This document shows positions 29,660 to 39,375 of a stretch of 64,000 nucleotides of DNA, piece by piece (position 1 is the first letter of the stretch; every line of letters begins with the position of its first letter). The position numbers and the translations under genes are program-made. The notes beneath the pieces are model-generated. The model saw only the letters and a program-made list of their open reading frames with translations, did no database searches and was not told where the DNA came from. The DNA comes from Oligoflexia bacterium (GTDB lineage Bacteria > Bdellovibrionota > UBA1018 > CAIMNF01), in the NCBI GenBank assembly GCA_903831745.1, contig CAIKYX010000130.1, forward strand, positions 5,653 to 69,652, given 5' to 3'.

Positions 29660-30710
29660 TTCGAACCATCTCCCAACGAAGCGCCTGCCCTCTGAGAAGC
29701 GGTACTTTTGCCGTGCCCGCAAGAACCTGATCCATGTGTTTCGGATCAAGGCCATGTCCCGGTCGAATGATTCTTACATTTTCGTTCGTAAACTTCTCGC
29801 CGGCCTGCATGTCTTTGATGACGTAGATCGAACGCTTGAATTGAATCGACTTCTTTTCTCCCTCAGACAACTCGAAAGTCATTTTACCCAAACCCTGCCA
29901 CGCACGAAGCGACTCATCGACCAACAACTTTAACTCGTGGGGTTCCATCGAAAACGCAGAATCGACTCCACCTTCGGCCCTACTTTCGGTAAAATGCTTC
30001 TCGATCACTCGTGCGCCAAGCGCAATACTCGCGACTGACACACCGATTCCGAGCGTGTGGTCCGACAAACCAATATTCAAATCGAGTTTTTCGCGCAAAA
30101 AAGGAATGGTCATCAGATTGGTTGCCAGAGGTGATGCGGGATACGTGCTGGTACACTTTAGAAGAATCGCATCGCTTGCGCCTTCCTTCTTTAGAAAGGC
30201 ATCGAGCTCTTGAATATGTTCGAGCGAGGATATGCCGAGCGAAATAATGACGGGTTTTCCGGTTTTGATTACCTTTCGAATCAGAGGATAATGATTGTTT
30301 TCGAAAGAGGCGATTTTGTAGCATGGTGGATTGAACTGTTCCAGAAAATCGACCGCTGCTTCATCAAAGGGCGTACTGAAACAGATCAGGCCATGTTTTT
30401 TGGCGCGTTCAAAAAGAGCCGCATGCCATTCATACGGGGTATTGGCCTCTTGATACAATTCATAAAGTTTTCGACCCGCCCAAAGGCTCTTGGGATCTTG
30501 AATGATAAAATCAGGAGCATCACAGTCGATGGTCAGACTATCCGGCGTATAGGTTTGAAGCTTGATCGCCTGTGCGCCCGCTGCTGCCGCAAGGTCGATC
30601 AATTTAAGGGCCCGGTCTACCGAATGATGGTGATTACCAGAGAGTTCAGCAATGATGAACGGTGGATGATCCGGACCGATCTGATATTTTCCAATTGAAA
30701 CAGTTTTCAT
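29649..30710 (-). CDS. pseI: Pseudaminic acid synthase (NeuB family)
   Basis: 353 aa. MKTVSIGKYQIGPDHPPFIIAELSGNHHHSVDRALKLIDLAAAAGAQAIKLQTY is the NeuB TIM-barrel start. C-terminal antifreeze-like SAF domain. Neighbours are pseG/pseF/pseB/pseC. Confidence 0.85.
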   Translation of the reverse strand: MKTVSIGKYQIGPDHPPFIIAELSGNHHHSVDRALKLIDLAAAAGAQAIKLQTYTPDSLTIDCDAPDFIIQDPKSLWAGRKLYELYQEANTPYEWHAALFERAKKHGLICFSTPFDEAAVDFLEQFNPPCYKIASFENNHYPLIRKVIKTGKPVIISLGISSLEHIQELDAFLKKEGASDAILLKCTSTYPASPLATNLMTIPFLREKLDLNIGLSDHTLGIGVSVASIALGARVIEKHFTESRAEGGVDSAFSMEPHELKLLVDESLRAWQGLGKMTFELSEGEKKSIQFKRSIYVIKDMQAGEKFTNENVRIIRPGHGLDPKHMDQVLAGTAKVPLLRGQALRWEMVRNGV

Positions 30711-30762
30711 AGAATTAAGAATATTATAGCAAATTTGCCTGATAGTTCACTATACTTTTAGC

Positions 30763-31752
30763 ATGCGAATCCTCTTTAGAGTCGACTCATCGCTCGAAAT
30801 CGGAACCGGACATGTGGTTCGCTGCCTTTCACTTGCCCATGCACTGAGAAACAATGGACATCAAGTGTCTTTTTGGAGCCTTGACCTTCCGGGCAATGAT
30901 CTTTCGTCAATCAGAAAAAATGGTTATTCGCTGTTTGATCCTGCTTCTTCAGATCGATTTGATCTGGCGATAGTAGACCATTATGGAATTGATCAGGAAG
31001 GCGAAAACCATATCAGACAATGGGCGACCTCGCTTGTTGCCATTGATGACTGGGGAACCAGACTTCATCACGCCGATTTGATTCTCGACCCATCGGTAAG
31101 CACCCAATCGACCCTTAGAATAAAAGCCAATCCAACCACACCGTTTCTGACCGGATTTGATTGGCTGCTCATGCGGGATGATTTCAAGAAACTTCATCCA
31201 GAAGTTCCACCTCGAACTGAATTTAAAAAGGTACTTTTGTTTTTTGGTGGAACCGATCCGCAGAGCCAGTGCCTGAGTTACCTCGAAGCACTCCTTCAAT
31301 CACAAAACGAATTCAATCATCTTGAGTTTCACATGATGGTTTCGGCAGTCCATCCAACACTCAAACAAATGCAGAGCCTGAAATTGCCAAATCATGTTCA
31401 TCTTGAAGTTTCTCCGCCCTCCGTTGCAAAGCTCATGAGAAATTCAGATCTCTATCTGGGAAGTAGCGGCACCGTCACCTGGGAAAGAATGGCCATGGGC
31501 CTGACCGGCTTGATCGTTTCGGTAGTAGATAACCAAGAGGACATTGCGAAAAACCTCGACCAAATGGGGTTTCATCGTTATCTCGGAAAATGCCAGGACG
31601 TTACCCCGAAGTTTGCATTGGAAAAGCTCAAGGAATTACTGAATCAAAGTGAAATGATTTCAAGAATGTCGTCTCTTTGTTATCAAAAAGTCGACGGACA
31701 AGGAGTCGATCGATTCGTTCAGGAGCTAGAGAATCGATTCAAAGCCACTTAG
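30763..31752 (+). CDS. pseG: UDP-2,4-diacetamido-2,4,6-trideoxy-beta-L-altropyranose hydrolase
   Basis: 329 aa. MRILFRVDSSLEIGTGHVVRCLSLAHAL is the PseG hallmark N-terminus (RxDxSxxIGxGHVMRC). GT-B-like MurG/GT28 C-domain. Confidence 0.8.
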   Translation: MRILFRVDSSLEIGTGHVVRCLSLAHALRNNGHQVSFWSLDLPGNDLSSIRKNGYSLFDPASSDRFDLAIVDHYGIDQEGENHIRQWATSLVAIDDWGTRLHHADLILDPSVSTQSTLRIKANPTTPFLTGFDWLLMRDDFKKLHPEVPPRTEFKKVLLFFGGTDPQSQCLSYLEALLQSQNEFNHLEFHMMVSAVHPTLKQMQSLKLPNHVHLEVSPPSVAKLMRNSDLYLGSSGTVTWERMAMGLTGLIVSVVDNQEDIAKNLDQMGFHRYLGKCQDVTPKFALEKLKELLNQSEMISRMSSLCYQKVDGQGVDRFVQELENRFKAT

Positions 31753-33794
31753 CCCTTCGAACCATACGTCCAACTCTGATAATCATCATGATCCTGAGAC
31801 ACTTCAAACCCTGCCTCATGGGCCATGCGAATTGAAGCGGGATTGCCTTTTTTAATTTCAGCGACATAGTGGTCTGGATTTTCGAGCACAAAACACGAGA
31901 GCATTGCTTTACCGATCCCCTGTCCCTGAAGTTCGGGAGCAACCAACCAGGAAAGCTTCCAAGCCGGTTCGCCCGAAATGCGATCTCGTCGAATCATACC
32001 CACTGGCTTTCTATTTTTGATGACCATATAAATCTCGCGATCCGCATTGCTGAGGGTTTTTTCAAACCAGGCCAGATGCTGCTCGATTGGAATACTTTCG
32101 GTCTGATGCGATTGTGCCCGTACACTTTCAGAGTTACGCCACTGGTGGACCAGATGAGCATCCTCACTTGCGGCAGGCACAAAAAGCAATTGGTCACTGA
32201 ACAGTTCCGCGGAATCACAAAAAGAACGAAACACCAAAGAATCCGTCTGCTTCAGGTACTTCGAATTCTGACAAAGGCGGACATATTCTCTTAAATGTTC
32301 GCTCTGGGTAAACTTTCGCCACTCCTGCTGAATCATCGCATTTTCATTCGCTTTGAGTTTGCCCGGAAACGGGTACAAAAAATGGAGGTAATAAAACTCA
32401 TGAATTTTTGCTTTTGCATCTGCCGGCACCGCAGGAATCGCGTCAATGTTCATCAGGAATTGCTCGTATTCTTCACGGCTTTTTGGATGCACGCAAAAAT
32501 CAAAAGTAACATGCGGATTATCACCTGCATTCAACACCCGAATTCCTTGATACGGAAACTCATGACCCAAAGTACCATATACGGTAACCGCAAGATCAAA
32601 GCCCTCGTCTAACAACTGTTTATTGCTGGTATGACGAGGCAGGAATTTGATCTCCGGAAATTCCTTTTTCAATTGTTCGATAATCTCGTCATTTCCTGCA
32701 ACCCCGTTCGGATGGGCCTTCACATAAAAATCTGCGGGGCTTTGAGTAGCAATTTTTAGCGTTGCCCGAATCCAATGGTAAAAGTCAGGATAAAGCATCG
32801 AACGATAGCCATGAGGGCTGTCGAAGAAACAATGAAGAAAAACCACCACCCTCTTTTTACCATTTTGCGCAAACACCTTTGACTTCTCGTCTACAGGCGA
32901 ATGATAGGCGCTCGAATTCATGTAAGTAATGGCCTGGTCCTTTTCGCCCGAGAATCGTTTCAGCAGCATGGTTTCTGCGGCACTTTTTCCAACTTGCTTT
33001 TCGGAATCGCTGAGCCGCTGAAACGAGCCGTGATAGTCGGTAAAATTCTTGCTATGAAATGGAAATTCACTGACCAGCTTCATGCTCAATTGATCATAAT
33101 CTCCGAATGAAATTACTTTTACGCCACGAGCGAGTGCCACTCGGGCCATGATTCCGTGCTGAATATAGCTACTATAGGAAGTGATCAGATAATCGTACTT
33201 TTTTTCAGAGAGCAAGGATTCGGCGCGATTGAAAATGTGAAGTGCGCTTACCATAATCCGTTTTAAGAACGGATCCTTGAGATCAACGGTCGGGCTCGGC
33301 TTGAATCTTAAGTAAGTATCATAGATCAGGCTCCCGATCAGGATACCGTGATATTGAAGTTCGAGCAGCGAAAATGGATCTGAAAGACCCATGAAAAGAT
33401 CTTCTGCCTCTGCAACCCAGACCGGATTCAAATCAGATTCATAAAAGATATGAGAGAAAACGGCCTTACCCCCATTTGACTGGTAGAGTTTGTTCCACTT
33501 TCTTTCGAAGAATCGATTTCTCTTGAGGAATCCTGATTTGCCAGAACGTTGGAACTCCGTATTGACATTGATCCAGCCGATATCGACTTTGAATTTTCTC
33601 CTGAGCGAGCGAAGAAGCGAAGAAAACAACAGCAGATAATAGTACTCTTCTGGCATCTGAACCAGTACTTTCAATTCCGAACCCGTTTTTGAAGGCACGA
33701 CTAACGATCGATTGAAACGGATGAATTCCTTCTCTGCAGCGTTAAGAAAAACCGCTGACTTAACGTTCTGAAGTTGAAGAAGGACTTTATTCAT
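31749..33794 (-). CDS. Two-domain protein: Capsule_synth (KpsC/KpsS)-like putative nonulosonic/keto-sugar-acid transferase + C-terminal PseH-like GNAT N-acetyltransferase
   Basis: 681 aa. N-terminal ~540 aa carry KpsS-like motifs (VVVFLHCFFDSPHG ... DFYVKAHP ... FDLAVTVYGTLGHEFPYQGIRVLNAGDNPH). The C-terminal ~130 aa form a GNAT (MVIKNRKPVGMIRRD...LVAPELQGQGIGKAML). Paralogous to the 33887..35347 product. Confidence 0.65.
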   Translation of the reverse strand: MNKVLLQLQNVKSAVFLNAAEKEFIRFNRSLVVPSKTGSELKVLVQMPEEYYYLLLFSSLLRSLRRKFKVDIGWINVNTEFQRSGKSGFLKRNRFFERKWNKLYQSNGGKAVFSHIFYESDLNPVWVAEAEDLFMGLSDPFSLLELQYHGILIGSLIYDTYLRFKPSPTVDLKDPFLKRIMVSALHIFNRAESLLSEKKYDYLITSYSSYIQHGIMARVALARGVKVISFGDYDQLSMKLVSEFPFHSKNFTDYHGSFQRLSDSEKQVGKSAAETMLLKRFSGEKDQAITYMNSSAYHSPVDEKSKVFAQNGKKRVVVFLHCFFDSPHGYRSMLYPDFYHWIRATLKIATQSPADFYVKAHPNGVAGNDEIIEQLKKEFPEIKFLPRHTSNKQLLDEGFDLAVTVYGTLGHEFPYQGIRVLNAGDNPHVTFDFCVHPKSREEYEQFLMNIDAIPAVPADAKAKIHEFYYLHFLYPFPGKLKANENAMIQQEWRKFTQSEHLREYVRLCQNSKYLKQTDSLVFRSFCDSAELFSDQLLFVPAASEDAHLVHQWRNSESVRAQSHQTESIPIEQHLAWFEKTLSNADREIYMVIKNRKPVGMIRRDRISGEPAWKLSWLVAPELQGQGIGKAMLSCFVLENPDHYVAEIKKGNPASIRMAHEAGFEVSQDHDDYQSWTYGSKG

Positions 33795-33886
33795 TGCTCT
33801 GGCAGCCTTTTGAAAAACATTTTTCCATTGGAATTAAACTATGTTAAGTTGTTTTATTAAGAATCAAGGATAAAAGCGAGGAAATT

Positions 33887-35347
33887 TTGAAAAGCCTGAT
33901 TTATAATGGAACTCATTCGCAAGTTTCGATCGACATCCTGAAAGGGATCCTCGCCTCCTCACCCGCCCTTGAAGATGTGTGCATTATTTCTTCAGTTGCT
34001 GCGAAGCCTGAAGAAATCGATTTCAAGCAAATCCGCCATCAGGAATTCGATTATTTTAAGGTTCATGATGCCATTTATCCTGAAATCACAGCGCTTCAGC
34101 AAGGGCTGATGCTCGACGGCCCCAGACTCGATCAGATGTCTTCCTATTGGTTCGTCGCTCTTAAAATGATGGATCGGCTGTCACCCGAAATTGCCCTCAA
34201 TTACCACACGCGCATGGAGCTTCTTCTCAATCACATCCGTTTTTGGGATGCGTACCTGACTGAATACAAAGTCGATTGCTACATGGGAATGAATTATCCC
34301 CACGAGGTTTTTGATTACGTCATTTATGCGCTTTGCAAATCGAAGGGTATTCGCACCCTGTTCTTCGATACACCTCAAGTTCCGGGTTATGTTCAACTGA
34401 TTGATTCGGTAGAAGAAAATAATCCTCAAATTAAAAAACTGATTGAAGCCCAGCCAGCCCCTGCGAACATCAGGCTCGAACCCAGACTCGAGGAGTATTA
34501 CCAACGTCAGACTACGAATTATCAGACCCCGAAATACATGCAAAAGAATCTGGCCAGTCTGAAGCGCGAAACCTCTACGGTCCAACTCATTCAACGTTTC
34601 TTTACCCGCTCTTGGTCGCGGATCAAGCGTGCCGTGACGCTGAGGCATCTCAATTATGACCGCGTGATTAAAATTCTTTATTTTAATACCCTCTTTGGTT
34701 CAAGGGCAGAACGAAAACTCAAACAGGCCTACCAAGCATTGGTCAGCATTCCCGACTTTTCAAAACCGTATATTTTTGTTCCGCTTCATTTTCAACCCGA
34801 ATGCACCACCAGCCCCCAAGGCGGTTATTTTGTGTTTCAAGAGCTCCTGATCGAGATGTTAGAGCGCACTTTGCCCGAAGGGCACCTGATCTACGTCAAG
34901 GAACATCCGATTCAACGATTACACGGACGCTCAGCCGGATTTTATCAAAAAATTGCAGCATTTAAGAAAGTCAGACTCGTTCCACTCGAAACCAGTGCAC
35001 AAGACCTCATCAAAAGCAGCCTCGCCGTTGCTACGGTAACCGGCACCGCGGGATGGGAAGGACTCTTCAAGAATAAGCCCGTATTCTTGTTTGGATCGGT
35101 ATTCTTTCAATATGCCCCGGGAGTATATACGATTCGAAGTGAAAGCGACTGTAGGCTTGCACTCAAAGAAATTCTCTCTCGAACCACTCCATTCGATTTT
35201 TCGAGAGAGCTCAGATATTTTTTATCTAAGGTACCAGAATTCATGATTCGCGGATGGATCGATTCTTCCTATGAAGATGTTGCGGGCATCACTTACCCCG
35301 AAAACCTCAAAAACCTCGTTACCGCGGTTCAGAATCGCCTTCGATAA
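33887..35347 (+). CDS. Capsule_synth (KpsC/KpsS)-like putative glycosyltransferase (paralog of 31749..33794 N-domain)
   Basis: 486 aa. Apparent TTG start with a GAGGA RBS. Motifs YIFVPLHFQPECTTSP, LIYVKEHP and SSLAVATVTGTAGWEGLFKNKPVFLFGSVFFQY parallel the KpsS/KpsC signature (LQV..D / KxHP / S..GfEAl..gKPV). Confidence 0.6.
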   Translation: MKSLIYNGTHSQVSIDILKGILASSPALEDVCIISSVAAKPEEIDFKQIRHQEFDYFKVHDAIYPEITALQQGLMLDGPRLDQMSSYWFVALKMMDRLSPEIALNYHTRMELLLNHIRFWDAYLTEYKVDCYMGMNYPHEVFDYVIYALCKSKGIRTLFFDTPQVPGYVQLIDSVEENNPQIKKLIEAQPAPANIRLEPRLEEYYQRQTTNYQTPKYMQKNLASLKRETSTVQLIQRFFTRSWSRIKRAVTLRHLNYDRVIKILYFNTLFGSRAERKLKQAYQALVSIPDFSKPYIFVPLHFQPECTTSPQGGYFVFQELLIEMLERTLPEGHLIYVKEHPIQRLHGRSAGFYQKIAAFKKVRLVPLETSAQDLIKSSLAVATVTGTAGWEGLFKNKPVFLFGSVFFQYAPGVYTIRSESDCRLALKEILSRTTPFDFSRELRYFLSKVPEFMIRGWIDSSYEDVAGITYPENLKNLVTAVQNRLR

Positions 35348-35351
35348 AATC

Positions 35352-36677
35352 CTAAAGGATTTTTCTGAAAACAGGCTTGGCCACGTCACCTACCAAGAAC
35401 TTCTGATACCCGCCTTCGAGCGCCTTTTGATAAACCTCGAGAGTACCGCCCAACGCTTCCATGAAAGAGTCCGCTTCAGCTTTCTCGTGAGAAAAACAAG
35501 GCACAAACACACCTTGAAACAACACGCCTCGCTTGATCATTTCTTGAAGCGCCAGGGTGCGCATTCCTGGACACACTGTATTTTCTTTGTTCTTAAAAAT
35601 AAACATCGGAAACCACTCGCTCGGCACAAACTGAACGTAATCGGCCAAACCATTTTTTTGAATCAGTGCTTTGGCCGCTTCCGAAAAGTAATTTCCAATT
35701 TGATGATTGTGTTGAAGCACATTCTTGGTCTTGAATTCGTGAATAGTGGCAATCGCTGCCGCGAGCGATATCGTTTCGCCGCCATGAGTACTGGAAATCA
35801 AAAATACTTTCTCATCACCCTTCTTTCGAATTCCCCCCAGCTCCATGACCTCTTTCTTTCCGGTCAGGGCGCAAAATGAAAAACCGTTGGCAATTCCCTT
35901 ACCCCACGTCGCCATGTCGGGCACCACGCCGTACTTCTTGATTGAGCCAGGAAAGTCGGTTTTAAAACCGGTAATCATCTCGTCGACAATAAAAAGCGCA
36001 CCATTTTTAGCGCAAATTTCTTGAATTTCTTTAAGGTAGGTCGGGGCGTGAATATTGCTCTTTTCGGGCTCTGAAATCACACAAGAAATCTGATTCGGGT
36101 ATTTTACAAACAGCTCTTTTAACGTTTCGAGATCTGTAGATTTGAAAGTCAGACTTAAATCAGAAAACTCTTCGGGCACTCCGCGGTTACAAGCCGTCTT
36201 TCCAATAAACCAATCATCATAAGAATAAAATGGATGATCCCCCGGAAAAGCCACTAATTTTCGATTGGTCTTTGCTCGAGCAAGCTTTACAGCGGCAGTG
36301 GTGACGGTAGATCCGTTCTTTGCAAACTTGATCATGTCGTGGCCTGGCGTGAGCGACAAAAAAGCCTCAGCAGTCTGACGCTCGAGCACTGACGGTCGTT
36401 GAAAATTTACACCATCCTCGAGTGCGCGTCGTACCGCTTCATTGACCGGCTCATAGGCATGACCCAAACTCACCGAAGTTAGTCCCATCGAACAATCCAG
36501 ATATTTATTTTCATCCAGATCCCAAACATAAGCTCCCTTGCCTCTCAGGATCGCAGCCGGTGCTTGTTCTGGAAACTGGTCGTCTCCTTTTGAATAGGTG
36601 TGCGCCCCCCCCGGAATCAGGTCGTGAATGACTTTTCGGTATTCGTTTGATTTTTGAAATTGAGTAATGAAGTTCAT
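35352..36677 (-). CDS. Class-III (glutamate-1-semialdehyde aminomutase-like) PLP-dependent aminotransferase
   Basis: 441 aa. GAHTYSKG, DCSMGLTSVSLGHAY, FIVDEMITGFK, and PLP-lysine context MATWGKGIANGFS. Confidence 0.85.
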   Translation of the reverse strand: MNFITQFQKSNEYRKVIHDLIPGGAHTYSKGDDQFPEQAPAAILRGKGAYVWDLDENKYLDCSMGLTSVSLGHAYEPVNEAVRRALEDGVNFQRPSVLERQTAEAFLSLTPGHDMIKFAKNGSTVTTAAVKLARAKTNRKLVAFPGDHPFYSYDDWFIGKTACNRGVPEEFSDLSLTFKSTDLETLKELFVKYPNQISCVISEPEKSNIHAPTYLKEIQEICAKNGALFIVDEMITGFKTDFPGSIKKYGVVPDMATWGKGIANGFSFCALTGKKEVMELGGIRKKGDEKVFLISSTHGGETISLAAAIATIHEFKTKNVLQHNHQIGNYFSEAAKALIQKNGLADYVQFVPSEWFPMFIFKNKENTVCPGMRTLALQEMIKRGVLFQGVFVPCFSHEKAEADSFMEALGGTLEVYQKALEGGYQKFLVGDVAKPVFRKIL

Positions 36678-36687
36678 AATTACGTCC

Positions 36688-37362
36688 TTATTCCTGAATC
36701 AAGGCCAGATAGTCCCGCCAAGGACGATCGTACCCTATTTGTTTCACTAGTTTTGAAATGACTTGAAAATCTTCTTCGCGATCGACAGTCAGGCGGATTT
36801 TGCTTTGATCAATACCCTGGGCATGATTTCCGAGCTTAAATATTTCGGGATGTTCCCAAATATACGGGGTAACATGTTCGGTCTCGCGAGGTTTCGACGC
36901 TTCATCAAAAGCCCGTTTCAGAGCACTGAATCGAAAGATTTCTACATCGAGTCCATCCGGATAAGTCGCAGGGTGAACATTCGAATAGTAATCAAAATCC
37001 GATTTTTCGAATTTTTGCAGCATTTCGTCGATCATCGCACCGTCGTTCAAAGGACAATCAGAGGTAACTCGAATGACTGTCTCGGGTTGATAGCGTTCGG
37101 CTGCGCGGTAAAACCGTTCAAGCACATGGTGAAGTGACCCGCGATAAGAAAGACAGCCCATTTTTGTTGCAATCGAAACAATTTCTACCGACTCGGGCTC
37201 GTCCGTTGTTGCCACCATGATTGCGTCAGAAAGATGCGACCACTTAAGTCGGTGCAAATGAATCTCAAGTAGAGTCACTCCATCGATGGTCTTCAGAACT
37301 TTGCCCGGAAGCCTGGTTGAACCAAAGCGAGCCTGAGTGATGATCAGAGTTTTCATTTCCAA
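36688..37362 (-). CDS. pseF: Pseudaminic acid cytidylyltransferase (CMP-NeuAc synthetase family)
   Basis: 224 aa. MEMKTLIITQARFGSTRLPGKVLK (CTP_transf_3 signature). Confidence 0.8.
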   Translation of the reverse strand: MEMKTLIITQARFGSTRLPGKVLKTIDGVTLLEIHLHRLKWSHLSDAIMVATTDEPESVEIVSIATKMGCLSYRGSLHHVLERFYRAAERYQPETVIRVTSDCPLNDGAMIDEMLQKFEKSDFDYYSNVHPATYPDGLDVEIFRFSALKRAFDEASKPRETEHVTPYIWEHPEIFKLGNHAQGIDQSKIRLTVDREEDFQVISKLVKQIGYDRPWRDYLALIQE

Positions 37363-38222
37363 GCCCTCGGATCAATCCATTTCGGATTTTCAATCTGGAT
37401 ACTCGATATTTGGTCGATGATACCTGGGCTTAAAATCTGACTTTGAACAGAAAGGTTATCCATCAGCTGCCTTTGACTTTCGACTCCGATAATGATCCGA
37501 TCGATTTCTTCGAAGTGCGAAGCATAGGCGAGAGCCAGATGGTTTACCGGTAACCCCATTTGTTTTGAAAGTTCGCGCAAACGCAGAAGCTCTGGCTTCA
37601 GAGGCTTGAGCATCTCCGGCAAGAGTTCGAGTTCACGATAAAAAAGCCCCTGCAAAAACACCGAGCGCACATGGACTTCTTTTTTGTTGGCTTTGGCTCG
37701 CCTGATCCCAGGCCCTCGGAGCGACCAATTATCGAATAAATTAAAAGGTGTTTGAATGATATCGATGTGGTCAAGCAGAGCGGCAGCGTCGAGCTCCTCA
37801 ACAGTATAAACAGACACGCCGATTTTCTGAATCAGGCCACCGTTCTTTAGGTCAAGAAGTTCGTGCTTTTTCTCGAGGTCATGAACGTCGGAAAACTGAT
37901 GATAGGAATAGCCATATACTCCGCAAACACCCAACCGCTCCAGACTCGAACTCAGCTGTTTTTTCAAGCTTGCTTCGTTAGATTTGAATTTGGTCAGAAT
38001 TTTAAAATGATGGTTTGGATGTTTTAAAAAATAACTTCCGATGATTTGTTCGCTCTCGCCGTAACTCTCGGCAGTATCCAGATAACGGATTCCTTCGCGT
38101 TCACAGAGATCCAGGATCAAGAAGGCTTCGCCTTCGCTCGGTTTTCCGGTTTGATTGTTAATGCCATAAGGCAATCCCAATTGAACCGTACCCAAGACCA
38201 GTTTCTCTTGAAGAGAGTTCAT
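37353..38222 (-). CDS. Aldo/keto reductase
   Basis: 289 aa. LVLGTVQLGLPYGINNQ...LDTAESYGESEQIIG is the AKR N-terminal signature. Translationally coupled to pseC (upstream) and pseF (downstream). Confidence 0.8.
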   Translation of the reverse strand: MNSLQEKLVLGTVQLGLPYGINNQTGKPSEGEAFLILDLCEREGIRYLDTAESYGESEQIIGSYFLKHPNHHFKILTKFKSNEASLKKQLSSSLERLGVCGVYGYSYHQFSDVHDLEKKHELLDLKNGGLIQKIGVSVYTVEELDAAALLDHIDIIQTPFNLFDNWSLRGPGIRRAKANKKEVHVRSVFLQGLFYRELELLPEMLKPLKPELLRLRELSKQMGLPVNHLALAYASHFEEIDRIIIGVESQRQLMDNLSVQSQILSPGIIDQISSIQIENPKWIDPRAWK

Positions 38223-39373
38223 CGCGCAAAAAACTCCTTCAGACTACCCACGACCCGAGTCTGCTCTTCATCTGACATCGAGTGATACATCGGAATACTC
38301 AAACACTGATTATAGAAAGCATCAGACAGTTCGAACTGTTGCTTTCCATAGCGTTCAACGTAATACGGATGCTGATGCACCGGTATGTAGTGAACTTGGG
38401 CATAAATATTTTTGGTCTTTAAGAAGTCATAAAGTTCGCGACGCTGGGCCGTCTGAATCACGTACAAATGAAATGCATGAACCGAATCAGGCGCGGTATA
38501 AGGAAGTACTACCGGTAGATCCTTTAGCTCGTGATCATACCGTTTTGCAATCTCCTGACGCCGTTTAAAATTAGCTTCTGCACGCTTAAGCTGACTATTT
38601 CCGAGGGCACAGAGCATATCTGGAATGCGATAATTGTAACCCAACTCTTGCATCTCCATAAACCAGCCCCCGTCGTTTCGGGCCATTTGTGCCGGGTCTT
38701 TGGTAATGCCATGAGTGCGAAGTTTCTGCATCCGCTGATAGAGCTTCTGGTCGTTAGTCGTGATCATTCCCCCTTCGCCGCTCGCGATGTGTTTGACCGG
38801 ATGAAATGAGAAAATGCTGAGCTCGGAATATTTGCCGTTTCCTGAGCGCTGCACCGTCTTTTGCGCATCTAAAAAACTCGCCCCAGGAGCATGACATGCG
38901 TCTTCGATGATCCAAAGTCCGTAACGATCGGCCAACGCGCGAAAAGCATCCGCCTGAATCGGATGACCAGCATAATCGACAGGAATAATGCCAGAATATT
39001 TCTTGGGATTCTTTTTCAGCAAATCCTCGACCCTGTTTAAATCGAGGCAATAAGTTTTAGGATCGATATCGGCGAAGTCGACATCGCCTCCGCAATAAAG
39101 AACACAGTTCGCACTCGCCGCAAACGTAATGGGGCTCGTAATCACTCTTTGGCCAGGCTTTACATTCAGTGCCATTGTAGAAAGATGAAGGGCTGCGGTT
39201 CCATTGGCCACAGCAACTGCATATCGGGCGCCTACGTAACGGGCAAACGCTTCTTCGAATTCGTTCACCATCGGACCTTGGGTTAAAAAATCAGATTGCA
39301 ACGAAGCCACTACCGCCTGAATGTCGTCTTCGGTGATTTGCTGCTTGCCATAAGGAATGGTTGAACTTGCCAT
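38219..39373 (-). CDS. pseC: UDP-4-amino-4,6-dideoxy-N-acetyl-beta-L-altrosamine transaminase (DegT family)
   Basis: 384 aa. IPYGKQQITEDDIQAVVASLQSDFLTQGPMVNEFEEAF matches the PseC N-terminus pattern. PLP lysine in SFHPVKHIASGEGG. Directly downstream of pseB. Confidence 0.82.
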   Translation of the reverse strand: MASSTIPYGKQQITEDDIQAVVASLQSDFLTQGPMVNEFEEAFARYVGARYAVAVANGTAALHLSTMALNVKPGQRVITSPITFAASANCVLYCGGDVDFADIDPKTYCLDLNRVEDLLKKNPKKYSGIIPVDYAGHPIQADAFRALADRYGLWIIEDACHAPGASFLDAQKTVQRSGNGKYSELSIFSFHPVKHIASGEGGMITTNDQKLYQRMQKLRTHGITKDPAQMARNDGGWFMEMQELGYNYRIPDMLCALGNSQLKRAEANFKRRQEIAKRYDHELKDLPVVLPYTAPDSVHAFHLYVIQTAQRRELYDFLKTKNIYAQVHYIPVHQHPYYVERYGKQQFELSDAFYNQCLSIPMYHSMSDEEQTRVVGSLKEFFAR

Positions 39374-39375
39374 GA

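Noticed and set aside
31739-32294. Small ORFs (67-141 aa) on both strands within the 681-aa gene
   Set aside because: They are nested inside or antisense to a long conserved ORF with recognisable KpsS-like and GNAT motifs. They show no independent signals.
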